DNA of 29,108 nucleotides from Candidatus Omnitrophota bacterium (GCA_023819315.1 JAMWBQ010000012.1:1-29108); one strand, 5' to 3'; positions 10,168 through 20,570 are shown, counted from the stretch's first letter. Made by a program: numbers and translations. The notes: generated by a model not told the origin, from the letters alone.

Positions 10168-10176
10168 AAAAATAAT

Positions 10177-10611
10177 TTAATTTAAATATTTAACTAACTT
10201 AGCTATCGTTCTTCTTCCTACGATACCATCGGGAGTTAATCCATTAGCTTTCTGAAATTCTTTTATAGCTTTCCTTGTTTTATCTCCAATTTTACCATCT
10301 ATAGGTCCATCGTAAAATCCTGCATTTTTAAGAGCTAACTGGATTTTCTTGGCACTAAGTTTATATACTTTCTTTTCTCCTTCTTTTTCCTGAACAGAAG
10401 AAACTTTTGCTTTTGCCATTTCATAACGAGATTTTTCTAACTCCTCTCTTAATTCAGCAATTATCTCATCCCTCTCTTGAACTTGTCTTTCTAACTCCTC
10501 TACTCTCTCTTGTAGTGTAGGAACTCTCATTTTACTTCTTGTAGTAGCACACCCTAGAGAGCTTAAAATAAAGATAACCAAACCTATCCACTTAAACGTT
10601 TTACCTCCCAT
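10177..10611 (-). CDS. Lipoprotein with a coiled-coil segment and a C-terminal peptidoglycan-binding (PG_binding_1-like) domain.
   Basis: There is a signal peptide with a lipobox (LSSLGC). The C-terminus reads LKNAGFYDGPIDGKIGDKTRKAIKEFQKANGLTPDGIVGRRT. A strong SD (TAGGAGGTG) precedes the start. Confidence 0.7.
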   Translation of the reverse strand: MGGKTFKWIGLVIFILSSLGCATTRSKMRVPTLQERVEELERQVQERDEIIAELREELEKSRYEMAKAKVSSVQEKEGEKKVYKLSAKKIQLALKNAGFYDGPIDGKIGDKTRKAIKEFQKANGLTPDGIVGRRTIAKLVKYLN

Positions 10612-10637
10612 AACCTCACCTCCTAAAAATAATAATT

Positions 10638-11966
10638 TTACTCTATCCGAATAGTCCTCCTATCTATCCCTAAAAGAGGCTTTATACCTATAACACTAGA
10701 AAAAAGTTGCCAACTACTTACTTTCTCAATTGGTCTAACTTCTTTTAATTTAGGTGGTAAATATAAACCTACAAAGAATCTTAAAATAGAAGAAATTACA
10801 AAAATTGGGAGGATCTGATAACCAAACAATGTTGGTAACCACTTTAAGATGAAACCACCTAAAAGTGCACCCAGACAAATAGCTAATCCATTAATTACAT
10901 TAAAATAAGCAATACAGCGAACTCGCTTCTCAGGCATAACAGCATCGTAAATAAAATTTGTAGTACAAAGATTAAATCCTGCCCATATAAATCCTGAGAA
11001 AATCTGAGCAAAAACCAAAAATAGGGGGTGATGGTTAACCACCCATAACAAAGGAATCAATCCTATAAAAGGAGAAACTAATTTTATAACCTTCAAATTA
11101 CCCACCCTATCAGCATGCTTTCCCCAACGTTTCATTACTAACTGCATCGTTAAAGTGGCGGTGATGACAATAAAAGTATACTTAAGATAGGAAAAACCTA
11201 ATTCTTTAATCATCAATACGACGAAGAAAGGAGAAGCTAAATTAACGGAAAAATTCATCATCGCTACAAATAAAACAAATCTGGCAAAATTACTCTCTCT
11301 AATTCGAGCTAAGAAATCAAATAAACTAAAAAATAATTCTCTTTTATACTCCAAGGGTGGTTCTACCATTTTTCTTAAAAAATACCAAGAGGTGAATCTA
11401 AATAAAAAAGCACAAATAAAAACTATAGCGAATCCTAAAAAAATATTAAAATTTTTCATTAAATGGAGAAAATAACCAGCAAGAAATGTTGCTCCTAATC
11501 CAATAAATCCCAATGTCCTATTTCGCCAGCCAAAATACTCGCCTCTTTTTTCCTGAGGGACTAAATCAGCAATAAGACTACTCCACGCTGGCGTTGCTAA
11601 TGCACCAAAAGAAGTGAATAAAATTACTAAAAAAATAAAAAACCAGGGAGTTAATTTAGCTCTTAAACCTACTATGCCAATTAATAATAAAACCATAGCT
11701 TGTAAAAAGACAAAAATATTTATCATCTTTTTTCGTGAACGTAACCAATAGGTAAAATCAGGTGTATAAACTTGAACCAAAGAAGCAAAAAAATTAGGTA
11801 GCGCACTAAGTGCACCTACCTCTCTAATAGAACCTCCAAGAATGAGTAAAAAGGGAGTAAAGTAATCCTGGGTAAACCCTGACATTGCTGTGGCAAATAC
11901 ACCATCAATAAAAGAATAATTCAGACTCTTTCTAATTCTATTATCTTTGATATCTAAATTAACCAT
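10638..11966 (-). CDS. Polytopic membrane transporter, MFS-like.
   Basis: The 442-aa protein has ~12 predicted hydrophobic helices. Its start overlaps the upstream gene. Confidence 0.6.
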   Translation of the reverse strand: MVNLDIKDNRIRKSLNYSFIDGVFATAMSGFTQDYFTPFLLILGGSIREVGALSALPNFFASLVQVYTPDFTYWLRSRKKMINIFVFLQAMVLLLIGIVGLRAKLTPWFFIFLVILFTSFGALATPAWSSLIADLVPQEKRGEYFGWRNRTLGFIGLGATFLAGYFLHLMKNFNIFLGFAIVFICAFLFRFTSWYFLRKMVEPPLEYKRELFFSLFDFLARIRESNFARFVLFVAMMNFSVNLASPFFVVLMIKELGFSYLKYTFIVITATLTMQLVMKRWGKHADRVGNLKVIKLVSPFIGLIPLLWVVNHHPLFLVFAQIFSGFIWAGFNLCTTNFIYDAVMPEKRVRCIAYFNVINGLAICLGALLGGFILKWLPTLFGYQILPIFVISSILRFFVGLYLPPKLKEVRPIEKVSSWQLFSSVIGIKPLLGIDRRTIRIE

Positions 11967-11968
11967 TA

Positions 11969-12640
11969 CTAAGGTATACGTTCTCCTCTGATTATAGGCG
12001 GTAAAACCGAGGCATCTATTCTTATCCCTCCGTCATGCTCTATTTTCAAAGTATAAAGCATACCAGGAATAAACATCGTTCCAGGAGCCTCTATTTGAGC
12101 GTTCTTTATGCCCATATGTTTTGCTTTATCAGGATTAAGAGCGTATTCCCAAAAATTCTTCCATAACTTTACCTCAAATGGGTCATTTAGTCCTTCTAAC
12201 TTATATCCTTGAGGGATCTGATTTATAGGATTTATTTCATACTCTTGAGTATTTTTGCCATCCAACATAAACACTTTCCAGAATATATAGGCGCTTTTAC
12301 CTCTAAACTTATCTTTCTTACGCACGTATATATCATCAAAACGAATAACCAGAGATTGGAATTGGATAATGTTGCCAGCAAAAGTGAAATATTTAGGTAC
12401 AAGTGGTCTACCTTTAACATCGTACTCTAAAAACTTAATGGTAGTATAGTTATTCTTAGTAATCTCATCGTAATTAACTCCTGTAACTAAAACTTCCGCT
12501 ATACGGGAATCTGCTTCTAATCGTGAAATTACCTGTTTTAAAATTGTCTCCTCGTGGAAATATTTTGCCAAAGATTTATAAAGAAAAAATATTATACATA
12601 GAACCAAAATAGATAATAATATAAACTTTATCCTCTTCAT
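11969..12640 (-). CDS. Hypothetical protein with an N-terminal membrane anchor.
   Basis: The 223-aa ORF is translationally coupled to both neighbours. No recognizable motif was found. Confidence 0.5.
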   Translation of the reverse strand: MKRIKFILLSILVLCIIFFLYKSLAKYFHEETILKQVISRLEADSRIAEVLVTGVNYDEITKNNYTTIKFLEYDVKGRPLVPKYFTFAGNIIQFQSLVIRFDDIYVRKKDKFRGKSAYIFWKVFMLDGKNTQEYEINPINQIPQGYKLEGLNDPFEVKLWKNFWEYALNPDKAKHMGIKNAQIEAPGTMFIPGMLYTLKIEHDGGIRIDASVLPPIIRGERIP

Positions 12641-12644
12641 AGAA

Positions 12645-14108
12645 TCAAATCTTTCCCTCTATCAATTCTGGATTAACCTTTTTATTTATCAACTTATCTA
12701 TCTTGGGTGAAGAGATATACTCTCCTGTCCAACAGTAAAGGCACAGTTTCTCCTTAGGTAAACCAATAGCAGATATCATATCAGAAAGAGTCTGATAACG
12801 TAAAGTTGTTACTTCTAAATCACGAGCAATTCTTTCCACCATCATCCTATAATGGGGATTGGTATGGTCTATATATTCACTCACATCCTTTATATCTTCA
12901 CCTTCAATAGCTCTAATCGTTCTACGTGTAGCAAGTTCATCTATACTTCTTGTAGAAAGACAAAACCGGCAAGGAAAGAGTAATGGCGGACAAGCCACTC
13001 TTATATGTATTTCTTTTGCTCCTGCTTCCCATAATTTTTTTATAGTAAAATTCTTTAACTGTGTTCCTCTCACGATAGAATCCTCGCACACCACTATTCT
13101 ATTACCTTCAATTATCTCGCGTATAGGTATTAGCTTCATCTTAGCAATAAAATCTCGCTTCTCTTGAGTAAGAGGAGTATAACTTCTCCCATAACCAGGG
13201 GTATACTTAACTAACGGCCTCCTATAGGGTTTCCCTGATTCCATAGCGTAACCTAAAGCATGGGATATGCCAGAATCAGGGACGCCACAAACGATATCCA
13301 CGTTGATATCTTTATCTCTTCTTGCTAACAATCTTCCACAATTTTCTCTAACAACTTCAACATTTCTCCCTTCGTAACTTGATGCGGGGAATCCCGTGTA
13401 TATCCAAAGAAACGAACATATCTGAGTAATCGTTCTACCTTCTGATTTGGTAAATATACCGTCCTCGGTTAAAAAAGCTATCTCTCCCGGTCCCAAATAT
13501 TTGAATATGTTTAATCCTAAATTAGGGAAAGCTGTGGTTTCCGAAGCTACTGCCCAAACTTCATCATTTCTACCTATAACTAAAGGGGTATAACCATAAC
13601 GATCCCTCACCGCGTATATCCCATCCTTGGTGAGAATAAGCATTGAACAAGAACCATCTATCAACTCAAAAACTCTCTCTATACCATCTACTAAACTACT
13701 CCCTTGCGTAATCAACTTGGCAATTAACTCTGTTATATTAATCTTTTCTGAGCTAAGCTCATTAAAAGAGACTCCTTTCTTTAGAAGCATTGAAATCAAA
13801 GCTTCATCATTTTGCACTAAACCATTTGTAGCAATACAAAATTCTCCTAAATGGGAATTAATATAAATTGGTTGTTCATCAAATGAGCTTATTACACCTA
13901 TCCCCTTTTTCCCTTTTATACGATGGTGATAATCTTGGAACTTAGATTTAAACTGAGTATCGCTTACATTATGAATCTCTCTTCTAAATCTTCCATCCCA
14001 CACAGCTAAACCAGCAAATTCTGTTCCTAAATGGGAATGATAATCAGTACCATAGAATAGGTTATCCACGCAATTATTCTTGGACACTACACCGAATAAA
14101 CCACTCAT
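12645..14108 (-). CDS. Amidophosphoribosyltransferase (PurF)-like protein with a type I PRTase domain. The N-terminal nucleophile is Ser (MSGLFGV) where canonical PurF has Cys.
   Basis: The N-terminus MSGLFGVV...HLGTEFAGLAV aligns with MCGIVGI...QHRGQDAAGI of E. coli PurF. The PRPP motif is VVCEDSIVRGTQ, and a C-terminal Cys cluster (CPPLLFPCRFC...CLYCW) is present. The strong SD GGAGGTGAAAG ATG fixes the start, and codon 2 is AGT. Confidence 0.8.
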   Translation of the reverse strand: MSGLFGVVSKNNCVDNLFYGTDYHSHLGTEFAGLAVWDGRFRREIHNVSDTQFKSKFQDYHHRIKGKKGIGVISSFDEQPIYINSHLGEFCIATNGLVQNDEALISMLLKKGVSFNELSSEKINITELIAKLITQGSSLVDGIERVFELIDGSCSMLILTKDGIYAVRDRYGYTPLVIGRNDEVWAVASETTAFPNLGLNIFKYLGPGEIAFLTEDGIFTKSEGRTITQICSFLWIYTGFPASSYEGRNVEVVRENCGRLLARRDKDINVDIVCGVPDSGISHALGYAMESGKPYRRPLVKYTPGYGRSYTPLTQEKRDFIAKMKLIPIREIIEGNRIVVCEDSIVRGTQLKNFTIKKLWEAGAKEIHIRVACPPLLFPCRFCLSTRSIDELATRRTIRAIEGEDIKDVSEYIDHTNPHYRMMVERIARDLEVTTLRYQTLSDMISAIGLPKEKLCLYCWTGEYISSPKIDKLINKKVNPELIEGKI

Positions 14109-14140
14109 CTTTCACCTCCAAACCTTACGATAAGGTAAGA

Positions 14141-14527
14141 TTATCTCTTATTCTTCTCTTTCTCCTTTATTCTCTGCCAGTTCTCTACTATCTCTTCAGG
14201 AGAATTAACTTTAAGTTTACCAAACACGTGAGGATGTCTTCTCTTCAATTTTTTAATAAGATAATCTATAACATCTTCTATATCGAATTTTCCTTCCTTA
14301 GAAGCAAGCTGTGAATGAAACATTACCTGTAAAAGTATATCACCAAGCTCTTCCTTCATATTATCGTATCGCTTAGTGTTTACTGCTTGAATAAACTCTT
14401 CACACTCCTCCCTAAGATAGGGCAGGAGAGAGAGATGTGTTTGTTTCCTATCCCACAGACAACCATTTTCTCCCAGAAGGGTTTTAAATATTTTTTTTAA
14501 CTCTATAAATTTAGTTCTCTTACTCAC
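14141..14527 (-). CDS. MazG-family nucleoside triphosphate pyrophosphohydrolase (single MazG domain). GTG start.
   Basis: Motifs GCLWDRKQTH, EECEEF and EELGDILLQVMFHSQLA match the EExxE/D metal-binding helices. Confidence 0.8.
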   Translation of the reverse strand: MSKRTKFIELKKIFKTLLGENGCLWDRKQTHLSLLPYLREECEEFIQAVNTKRYDNMKEELGDILLQVMFHSQLASKEGKFDIEDVIDYLIKKLKRRHPHVFGKLKVNSPEEIVENWQRIKEKEKNKR

Positions 14528-14543
14528 AGCTTAATTACAAATT

Positions 14544-16313
14544 TTAAATCTCTATCTCTTCCAATGCTCCCTTTATCCTTTGAGGAAGGGAGTTAAGTTT
14601 ATCTAAATCGTCTTCTGAATATAAAGATTTCATTCTAATAATTTCTTTATATATAGGTAAACTGTGCAATTCCTCTACACTTAAGCCTTTCTGAATAAGA
14701 TTATCTGCCTCTCGATAAAAAGTAACTATTGATTTTAGCATTAAAAACTGTCTTAAAGGGGAAGTGTAGGTATCTACCTTATCAAAAGCGCTCTGCTGAA
14801 GAAAAGTATTCTTAAAAATAGAACATACATCTAAAACCAACCTCTGACTCTGAGGTAAAACATCCGAACCAACAAGTTTCACTACCTGAAGTAGCCGCTG
14901 TTCTTTCTGTAAAAGGTCTAGTATAGTATATCTTAAAGCTAACCAATCTCTATCTACGTTTCTTTCCCACCATTTCTTAATATCATCTACATATTCTGAG
15001 TAACTCTCCGTCCAACTAATTGAAGGATAATGCCGAGCATTGGCTAAATCTTTATCCAAAGCCCAGAAACCACGCACAAAACGTTTAGTATGAGATGTTA
15101 CCGGTTCAGAGAAATCCCCTCCCGGAGGAGAAACAGAGGAAATAACAGTAATTGAACCAACATTATTATTCAATGTTTTAACCTTACCTGCCCGTTCGTA
15201 GAACTCCGCTAACCTTGAAGATAAATAAGCAGGAAAACCCTCCTCAAGAGGCATTTCTTCTAATCTACCCGACAATTCTCTCAATGCTTCTGCCCAACGA
15301 GAAGTAGAATCTGCCATAATTGCTATGTTATATCCCATATCACGATAATACTCAGCTATGGTAATACCCGTATAAATACTTGCTTCCCTTGCTGCTACGG
15401 GCATATTTGATGTATTAGCAATAAAAATCGTTCTTTCTAAAAGAGGCTTTTGTGTACGAGGGTCTATAAGTTTAGGGAAGTGCATTAAAATATCAGTCAT
15501 CTCATTCCCTCTCTCTCCACAACCAACAAAAACAACTATATCAGCATCACTCCATTTAGCTAACTGATGTTGAATCACAGTTTTCCCCGTACCAAAACCT
15601 CCAGGAACAGCTACGCATCCTCCTTTACCTACAGGGAAAAGAGTATCTATTATCCTTTGTCCGGTAATAAGAGGGGTATCTATAGGTAATCTTTCCTTAT
15701 AAGGTCTAGCTTTTCTTACCGGCCAACGCTGAAGCATAAATATCTCGTTCTCTTTTCCCTGAGTCTCTATAATAGCTATTCTATCATCTAAAGTATATGT
15801 ATCTTGGGGAGCAATCCATATAATCTTACCTTCTACACCAATAGGGCAAAGTATTCTATGCTTTACCAAAGAAGTCTCTTCTACTTCTCCTAAAATCTCT
15901 CCTTCTTTTATATAATTATCTTTTTTAACCATTGGGGTAAAAAACCACTTCTTCTTTCTATCCAAAGCGGGAATATGAACCCCTCTTCTTATAAAAAATC
16001 CTTCTTTCTCCTTTATCACTTCCAATGGTCTCTGAATACCATCGTAAATTGTTCCCATAAGTCCTGGGCCTAATTCTACATATAAAGGGAAGCCTTGGCT
16101 ATAAATTGGGTCTTCTGCTTTAAGCAAAGTGGTATCTTCGTAAACCTGAATATAAGCTCTATCATTCTTCAATCTTACCACTTCACCTACGAGATGTTCC
16201 TCACCTACCTCTACCATATCTAACATCCGTAAGGAAGAAACCTCTTCCGCTTCCACTACCGGCCCACTTACACGATATACTTTACCTACTACATTTAACA
16301 TAATTATTCTCAA
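14544..16313 (-). CDS. atpA: V/A-type ATP synthase catalytic subunit A. The annotated start is TTG, which overlaps the atpE stop. An ATG at 16301 is an alternative start.
   Basis: [16 protein letters not shown], the Walker A motif PGGFGTGKT and the protein length (589 aa) are all typical of an A subunit, not a B subunit. Confidence 0.95.
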   Translation of the reverse strand: MRIIMLNVVGKVYRVSGPVVEAEEVSSLRMLDMVEVGEEHLVGEVVRLKNDRAYIQVYEDTTLLKAEDPIYSQGFPLYVELGPGLMGTIYDGIQRPLEVIKEKEGFFIRRGVHIPALDRKKKWFFTPMVKKDNYIKEGEILGEVEETSLVKHRILCPIGVEGKIIWIAPQDTYTLDDRIAIIETQGKENEIFMLQRWPVRKARPYKERLPIDTPLITGQRIIDTLFPVGKGGCVAVPGGFGTGKTVIQHQLAKWSDADIVVFVGCGERGNEMTDILMHFPKLIDPRTQKPLLERTIFIANTSNMPVAAREASIYTGITIAEYYRDMGYNIAIMADSTSRWAEALRELSGRLEEMPLEEGFPAYLSSRLAEFYERAGKVKTLNNNVGSITVISSVSPPGGDFSEPVTSHTKRFVRGFWALDKDLANARHYPSISWTESYSEYVDDIKKWWERNVDRDWLALRYTILDLLQKEQRLLQVVKLVGSDVLPQSQRLVLDVCSIFKNTFLQQSAFDKVDTYTSPLRQFLMLKSIVTFYREADNLIQKGLSVEELHSLPIYKEIIRMKSLYSEDDLDKLNSLPQRIKGALEEIEI

Positions 16314-16951
16314 TACATCCGCATTAATCTATTGTATATATCTTCCTTCCTGCGACTTAAATAAGTAAGAAACCTATTATCGTAAATTACTCTCCCATTA
16401 TCCCAGCGAACGATAACTCCTATATCGGTAAAATCAGATTTAATAAAAGATAAAGAAATCTCTTCTTCATAATTCTGTTTACATAAATACTTTATCTTAC
16501 TAATAAAATCCTCATTAAATATACTCTCATCTAAAAAAGAATACAGAATATCTATCATTTTAAAATAACCCACTCCTTCTATCCCTTCTAAGATAGCTTT
16601 CTTTAAAAAATCCACATAACCAGCTTCTTTACGAAATCTTTCTGCCCTTTTAACTACCTCTGCCAATACATTCTCTACAAATCTATTCTTCTCCTCTAAA
16701 ATGATTCTCCTCTTATCTAAATTCAACGTGGAAAAAAATACTTCTCTTTTTTTCTCTATCTCTTTTTTTGCTTCTTTAACCATATACTCTTTCTTTTCTT
16801 CTATTTCCTTAGCTACCTCCTCAAGAATCTTTTTACTACTCATCTCCGCTTCATCCAAGATATCCTTTATCTTTTGTTGAGTTTCCTCTTCAATTTTTTT
16901 TAAGATAGCTTCCAAATTATCCTTATTTATTTGTAAATAATCCCTATCCAT
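16310..16951 (-). CDS. atpE: V/A-type ATPase subunit E (peripheral stalk).
   Basis: The 213-aa protein has an N-terminal charged coiled coil and a C-terminal globular domain. It sits in the F-E-A order. Confidence 0.7.
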   Translation of the reverse strand: MDRDYLQINKDNLEAILKKIEEETQQKIKDILDEAEMSSKKILEEVAKEIEEKKEYMVKEAKKEIEKKREVFFSTLNLDKRRIILEEKNRFVENVLAEVVKRAERFRKEAGYVDFLKKAILEGIEGVGYFKMIDILYSFLDESIFNEDFISKIKYLCKQNYEEEISLSFIKSDFTDIGVIVRWDNGRVIYDNRFLTYLSRRKEDIYNRLMRMY

Positions 16952-16955
16952 AAAA

Positions 16956-17258
16956 TTAAATACTTATACCTATAGCTTCTTTCAAGAATTTACCGATTGG
17001 TTTTCTTCCTTCTGTTTCCCCTTTAGAAGGGATATCAATAATTAAAGGGAATTTATCCTCATAAGTAAGTCTCTCTATATCTTCCTTTATCAATCTGGCT
17101 ACCTTAGTAGTAACGAAAATAATTCCCATATTTTCCATAGCTAAAGCTACCTTTAAAGCCTCCTTAGCTTCTCTCTGTGTAGATACTTGACGTAACTCTA
17201 TTCCTGCCAGCTTAAATCCCAAACTACTCTCTTTATCAGCTATACAAAATATTCTCAT
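16956..17258 (-). CDS. atpF: V/A-type ATPase subunit F.
   Basis: The protein starts MRIFCIADKESSLGFKLAGIE and is 100 aa. Confidence 0.75.
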   Translation of the reverse strand: MRIFCIADKESSLGFKLAGIELRQVSTQREAKEALKVALAMENMGIIFVTTKVARLIKEDIERLTYEDKFPLIIDIPSKGETEGRKPIGKFLKEAIGISI

Positions 17259-17590
17259 ACCTTACCTAAAATCATAATAGCGATAATTAAACCATATATA
17301 GCAATACCCTCAGCTAATCCTACATATATAAGAGCTCTTCCACTTATCTCTGGCTTCTCTCCCATCGCTCCTACAGCCGATGCTCCTACGTATCCTACAG
17401 CTATTCCCGCAGCCAAAGCACTTAAACCCGCTGATATAGCTGCTGAGAGAAATGCCCAACGCACTACTGTTGGATCATTATTCTTCTGGGACAAACCCGG
17501 CTCTTGAGAAAAAACAATACCACCTAAAAAGAGAGAAAGATATATAATTCCTATAACAACCCCTACAAAAAAAATTTTTTTTCTACTCAT
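17255..17590 (-). CDS. atpK: V/A-type ATPase proteolipid subunit K (c), carrying an extra N-terminal hydrophobic segment.
   Basis: GLAEGIAIYGL contains the conserved carboxylate Glu. Gly/Ala-rich helices are present. The SD is AGGAGGTGAAAG ATG. Confidence 0.85.
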   Translation of the reverse strand: MSRKKIFFVGVVIGIIYLSLFLGGIVFSQEPGLSQKNNDPTVVRWAFLSAAISAGLSALAAGIAVGYVGASAVGAMGEKPEISGRALIYVGLAEGIAIYGLIIAIMILGKV

Positions 17591-17640
17591 CTTTCACCTC
17601 CTTTAAAAATACTGTAAACTAAGTGTATCTTAAGCGTTTA

Positions 17641-19542
17641 TTATATACCCATCGGCTTATATATTCGCTTACCAGAAACAAAGAACCTTGAAAAAAACTC
17701 ATAATAATTCAATCGCAAAGACTGAATTGTTACTACCATTCCTTCCAAAAGGATAATAAAGATATTACCTAATACAATTATTACCCATGACCAAAAGTCA
17801 GAACCTCTTGCGCTAACAATTTTAGAGAGTTCAAAAACAGCAATAAATAATCCTGTATGAGCTAAAGAAAAGGCAGAAATCCTTATAAAAGACAGAGTGT
17901 TAGCTAAATACCCTATAGTAATCTCCAAAATATCTACCACACCTTCTATAAAATTTGTTATTAACCCCTCTTTTTTCTTCCTATAGATTACTTCTATAAT
18001 TGGTTTACATAAAAGTAAAATTATTCCTCCCAAAATTAAAAGAAGGTGAATAGATGATAACGAACCTTTTCTAATAAACACTTTAACCACTAACCCAATT
18101 ACTGACCAATAAACCACTCCTGAAATTAAACCCGCCTTATCAAAAAAAGCTTTCATATAATCATTATCTCTCAAAGCATTTATTACGTTAATAATTATAG
18201 CTGTAGAGATAACCCCTATTCCGAAAATTATACTTAACCTAAAATCCTCTAAAAGATTGTTTATTGGTTTAAACCATAAAGAGGAAAATTCATAACCAAA
18301 GAAACTACCAAAAAGGATACCAAAGAGAGAAGAGCTAATACCACAGTATAGGATCAGTATACCTGCTTCCTTAATTTTTTCTTTATTATTCCTAATGAGG
18401 AATAGACTTAATAAACTCAAAACTAAACCATGTCCTAAATCTCCAAACATCACTCCAAACATTATAAGAAAACCTATAGCTACAAATACTGTTGGGTCAA
18501 TAGTTCCATAACGAGGAACACCATAAGAATTTACTAATAATTCAAAAGGTTTAAGAAACCAATTATTTTTAAGATACACGGGAATATCTTCTTTGGATAT
18601 AGATAATTCTTTAGGAGCTTTTGACTCTATATAGGAGGCTGGAGATATTTTCTTTATCTCTTCTATAACTTTACATTTAACTTCCTCAGGAACCCAACCA
18701 CATATTAGCACAGTATTGGAAGTTGCTCTTGATTGCCTTTTTAATTCTCTTAAATTTCTCATAAACATTAAAAAAAATTGTGCCTTGGATAAATCATCCA
18801 TAAAAGATAAAATTAATTTTTTTATATTTTCCTCAATATCAGCTAACTTTAATTTATACTCTTTAACCTCTAAAGCTAATTTGCCTTCCACTTTCTTAGA
18901 TAATAAAGTGCCCTGTTCAAGATTTTCCATCTCTTGCCAAGCTAATTCTTTTAATACTTTACCAATAAGTGGTTTATCTTGTTTCAATCCAATAATTAAA
19001 CTTACTACCTCATCTTTTTCTTTTCTTATGGGATAAAAAATATGGGGAATATCAACTAAACCTTTCTCTAATAGAGAAAGATTTTCTACATTTATCTTAC
19101 CTAAGTATACTTCTAAAAAAGTGTAGGAGACTCGTTTAGTTATAGGGAAAGGAAGGTACTCTTTTACTTGATAAAAAAAATTCTCTTTAACCTTCAATAA
19201 TTCCTGTATTTTTTCTTTTTCCTTAATAATAGGCTCTAATTCTCCTTCAACTTTAGAAATAATTTCCTTTACTTTAGAATAATTAAACCCTTCTATATCT
19301 TTTGAAGGGAGCAAATGTATACCAGTTCTTCTTAAAATATCCGTTAACCTTATCTCCAAACTTTCCAACTCCCCATTCTGATTCGATGTAGATAAGGTAG
19401 ATAGTTTTCCCAGTTCTTTTTCCACCTCACTAATATCTATGGGATGAAACACACCTGACTTCATAAGGTAGGATAAAACTTCCTCAACATTATCCTTAAA
19501 CAAAACTATACTTAAAAGTTCTAAAGAAGAGGTTGTCAACAT
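17641..19542 (-). CDS. atpI: V/A-type ATPase subunit I (a). The ORF track starts it at a TTG at 19575. The ATG at 19542 (MLTTSSLELLSIVLF...) overlaps the atpC stop as ATGTTGA and is preferred.
   Basis: The N-terminus is cytoplasmic and coiled-coil. The C-terminus is polytopic and carries LSFIRISAFSLAH (the conserved Arg motif). Confidence 0.85.
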   Translation of the reverse strand: MLTTSSLELLSIVLFKDNVEEVLSYLMKSGVFHPIDISEVEKELGKLSTLSTSNQNGELESLEIRLTDILRRTGIHLLPSKDIEGFNYSKVKEIISKVEGELEPIIKEKEKIQELLKVKENFFYQVKEYLPFPITKRVSYTFLEVYLGKINVENLSLLEKGLVDIPHIFYPIRKEKDEVVSLIIGLKQDKPLIGKVLKELAWQEMENLEQGTLLSKKVEGKLALEVKEYKLKLADIEENIKKLILSFMDDLSKAQFFLMFMRNLRELKRQSRATSNTVLICGWVPEEVKCKVIEEIKKISPASYIESKAPKELSISKEDIPVYLKNNWFLKPFELLVNSYGVPRYGTIDPTVFVAIGFLIMFGVMFGDLGHGLVLSLLSLFLIRNNKEKIKEAGILILYCGISSSLFGILFGSFFGYEFSSLWFKPINNLLEDFRLSIIFGIGVISTAIIINVINALRDNDYMKAFFDKAGLISGVVYWSVIGLVVKVFIRKGSLSSIHLLLILGGIILLLCKPIIEVIYRKKKEGLITNFIEGVVDILEITIGYLANTLSFIRISAFSLAHTGLFIAVFELSKIVSARGSDFWSWVIIVLGNIFIILLEGMVVTIQSLRLNYYEFFSRFFVSGKRIYKPMGI

Positions 19543-20567
19543 ACCAAGAAAGGAGTTATTTTCTCTTTTTCCCAATTATAGTATTTACCATAAAGTAGAG
19601 AAATAATATTCTTTGTCTCCGCACGCTTTAAAATAAGATAACCAAAAACTGTTCCTATAGTAAAGGGAAAGCCTGATAAAACTCTTCTCACCTCTCTTAG
19701 TAAAATTTCGTAAAGAAACTTATCTATCAAATAGATATTCTCATTGATAAGTTCTTTAATCTTTCCATAAGGAGTAACCGCAATATTATCTACAAAATCT
19801 CCCACATTGTTCCAAGAGTATCGTTTACTAATCACCTCCCTATTAATCTTTTCTCCCCCGGGGATTAACCATTCTAAAACTTCTCCCAATTCTAAAGAGG
19901 TAAATTTTCTTAGTCTTAACAACCAATTTATATTTTCTATATCTATCTGTATACCTAAAAGTTTTAATGCTATTCTCCGGTCAAAAGAAGTTAATCCTTC
20001 CGCACAATTCATTAATCGTTCGTAATAATCTATATCTAAACCCACCTCTAAATAAAACAATGAATTTCTCTCCTTAAATTTATCTTTCATTCTCAACAAA
20101 GGGTTTTTATAAGGAGTTTTCTCAAGAAGAAGGATTATCTCCTCTATACTCTGAGCAGAGAGGATTTTTTGAGTTTCTAAAGGAAAACATAGAGTCTCTT
20201 CCCAAAGATATTTTTTATCTATGGGCAAATTCCTATGCCATAATCTCAATAACACTTTTAACTCATCTATCTCATAACGCTGAAGAAGAAGGAATACAAA
20301 TTCTTTCTCTCGCTTAGTAGAAATACTATCGTATACCTTTCTAAAAATTTCTATATCTACTTTTAGTAAATCTTTTTCCACTAACTCGAAGTTTTCCCAT
20401 CCTTTTATTTCCAATGACTTGTATTGAGGATTTTTCTTTAACTTCTCTAATATCTCCTCTATATCTTTTGCTTCAGCTAAATCTGACAACTCTTTATAAC
20501 TAAACAGGCGTGAAAGCATCGCTCTCACTTTAGCGTTAACGAAAGAGTATTTAGAAAGTTCCCACAT
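19536..20567 (-). CDS. atpC: V/A-type ATPase subunit C (equivalent to eukaryotic subunit d).
   Basis: YSFVNAKVRAMLSRLFS resembles the subunit C N-terminal motif. The protein is 343 aa. Confidence 0.8.
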   Translation of the reverse strand: MWELSKYSFVNAKVRAMLSRLFSYKELSDLAEAKDIEEILEKLKKNPQYKSLEIKGWENFELVEKDLLKVDIEIFRKVYDSISTKREKEFVFLLLQRYEIDELKVLLRLWHRNLPIDKKYLWEETLCFPLETQKILSAQSIEEIILLLEKTPYKNPLLRMKDKFKERNSLFYLEVGLDIDYYERLMNCAEGLTSFDRRIALKLLGIQIDIENINWLLRLRKFTSLELGEVLEWLIPGGEKINREVISKRYSWNNVGDFVDNIAVTPYGKIKELINENIYLIDKFLYEILLREVRRVLSGFPFTIGTVFGYLILKRAETKNIISLLYGKYYNWEKEKITPFLVC

Positions 20568-20570
20568 ATT

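Noticed and set aside
471-16313. Inteins or large insertions in polA or atpA.
   Set aside because: The lengths of the conserved portions (Pol I ~750 aa to motif B, A subunit 589 aa) match intein-free homologues. No Hint-like blocks were noticed.
14109-17604. The identical 14-nt translation-initiation context GGAGGTGAAAGATG in front of both purF-like (14106-14122) and atpK (17588-17604), as a possible repeat or duplication.
   Set aside because: It is only SD plus spacer plus ATG. Flanking sequence is unrelated. This is most likely convergent optimal RBS architecture rather than a mobile or duplicated segment.
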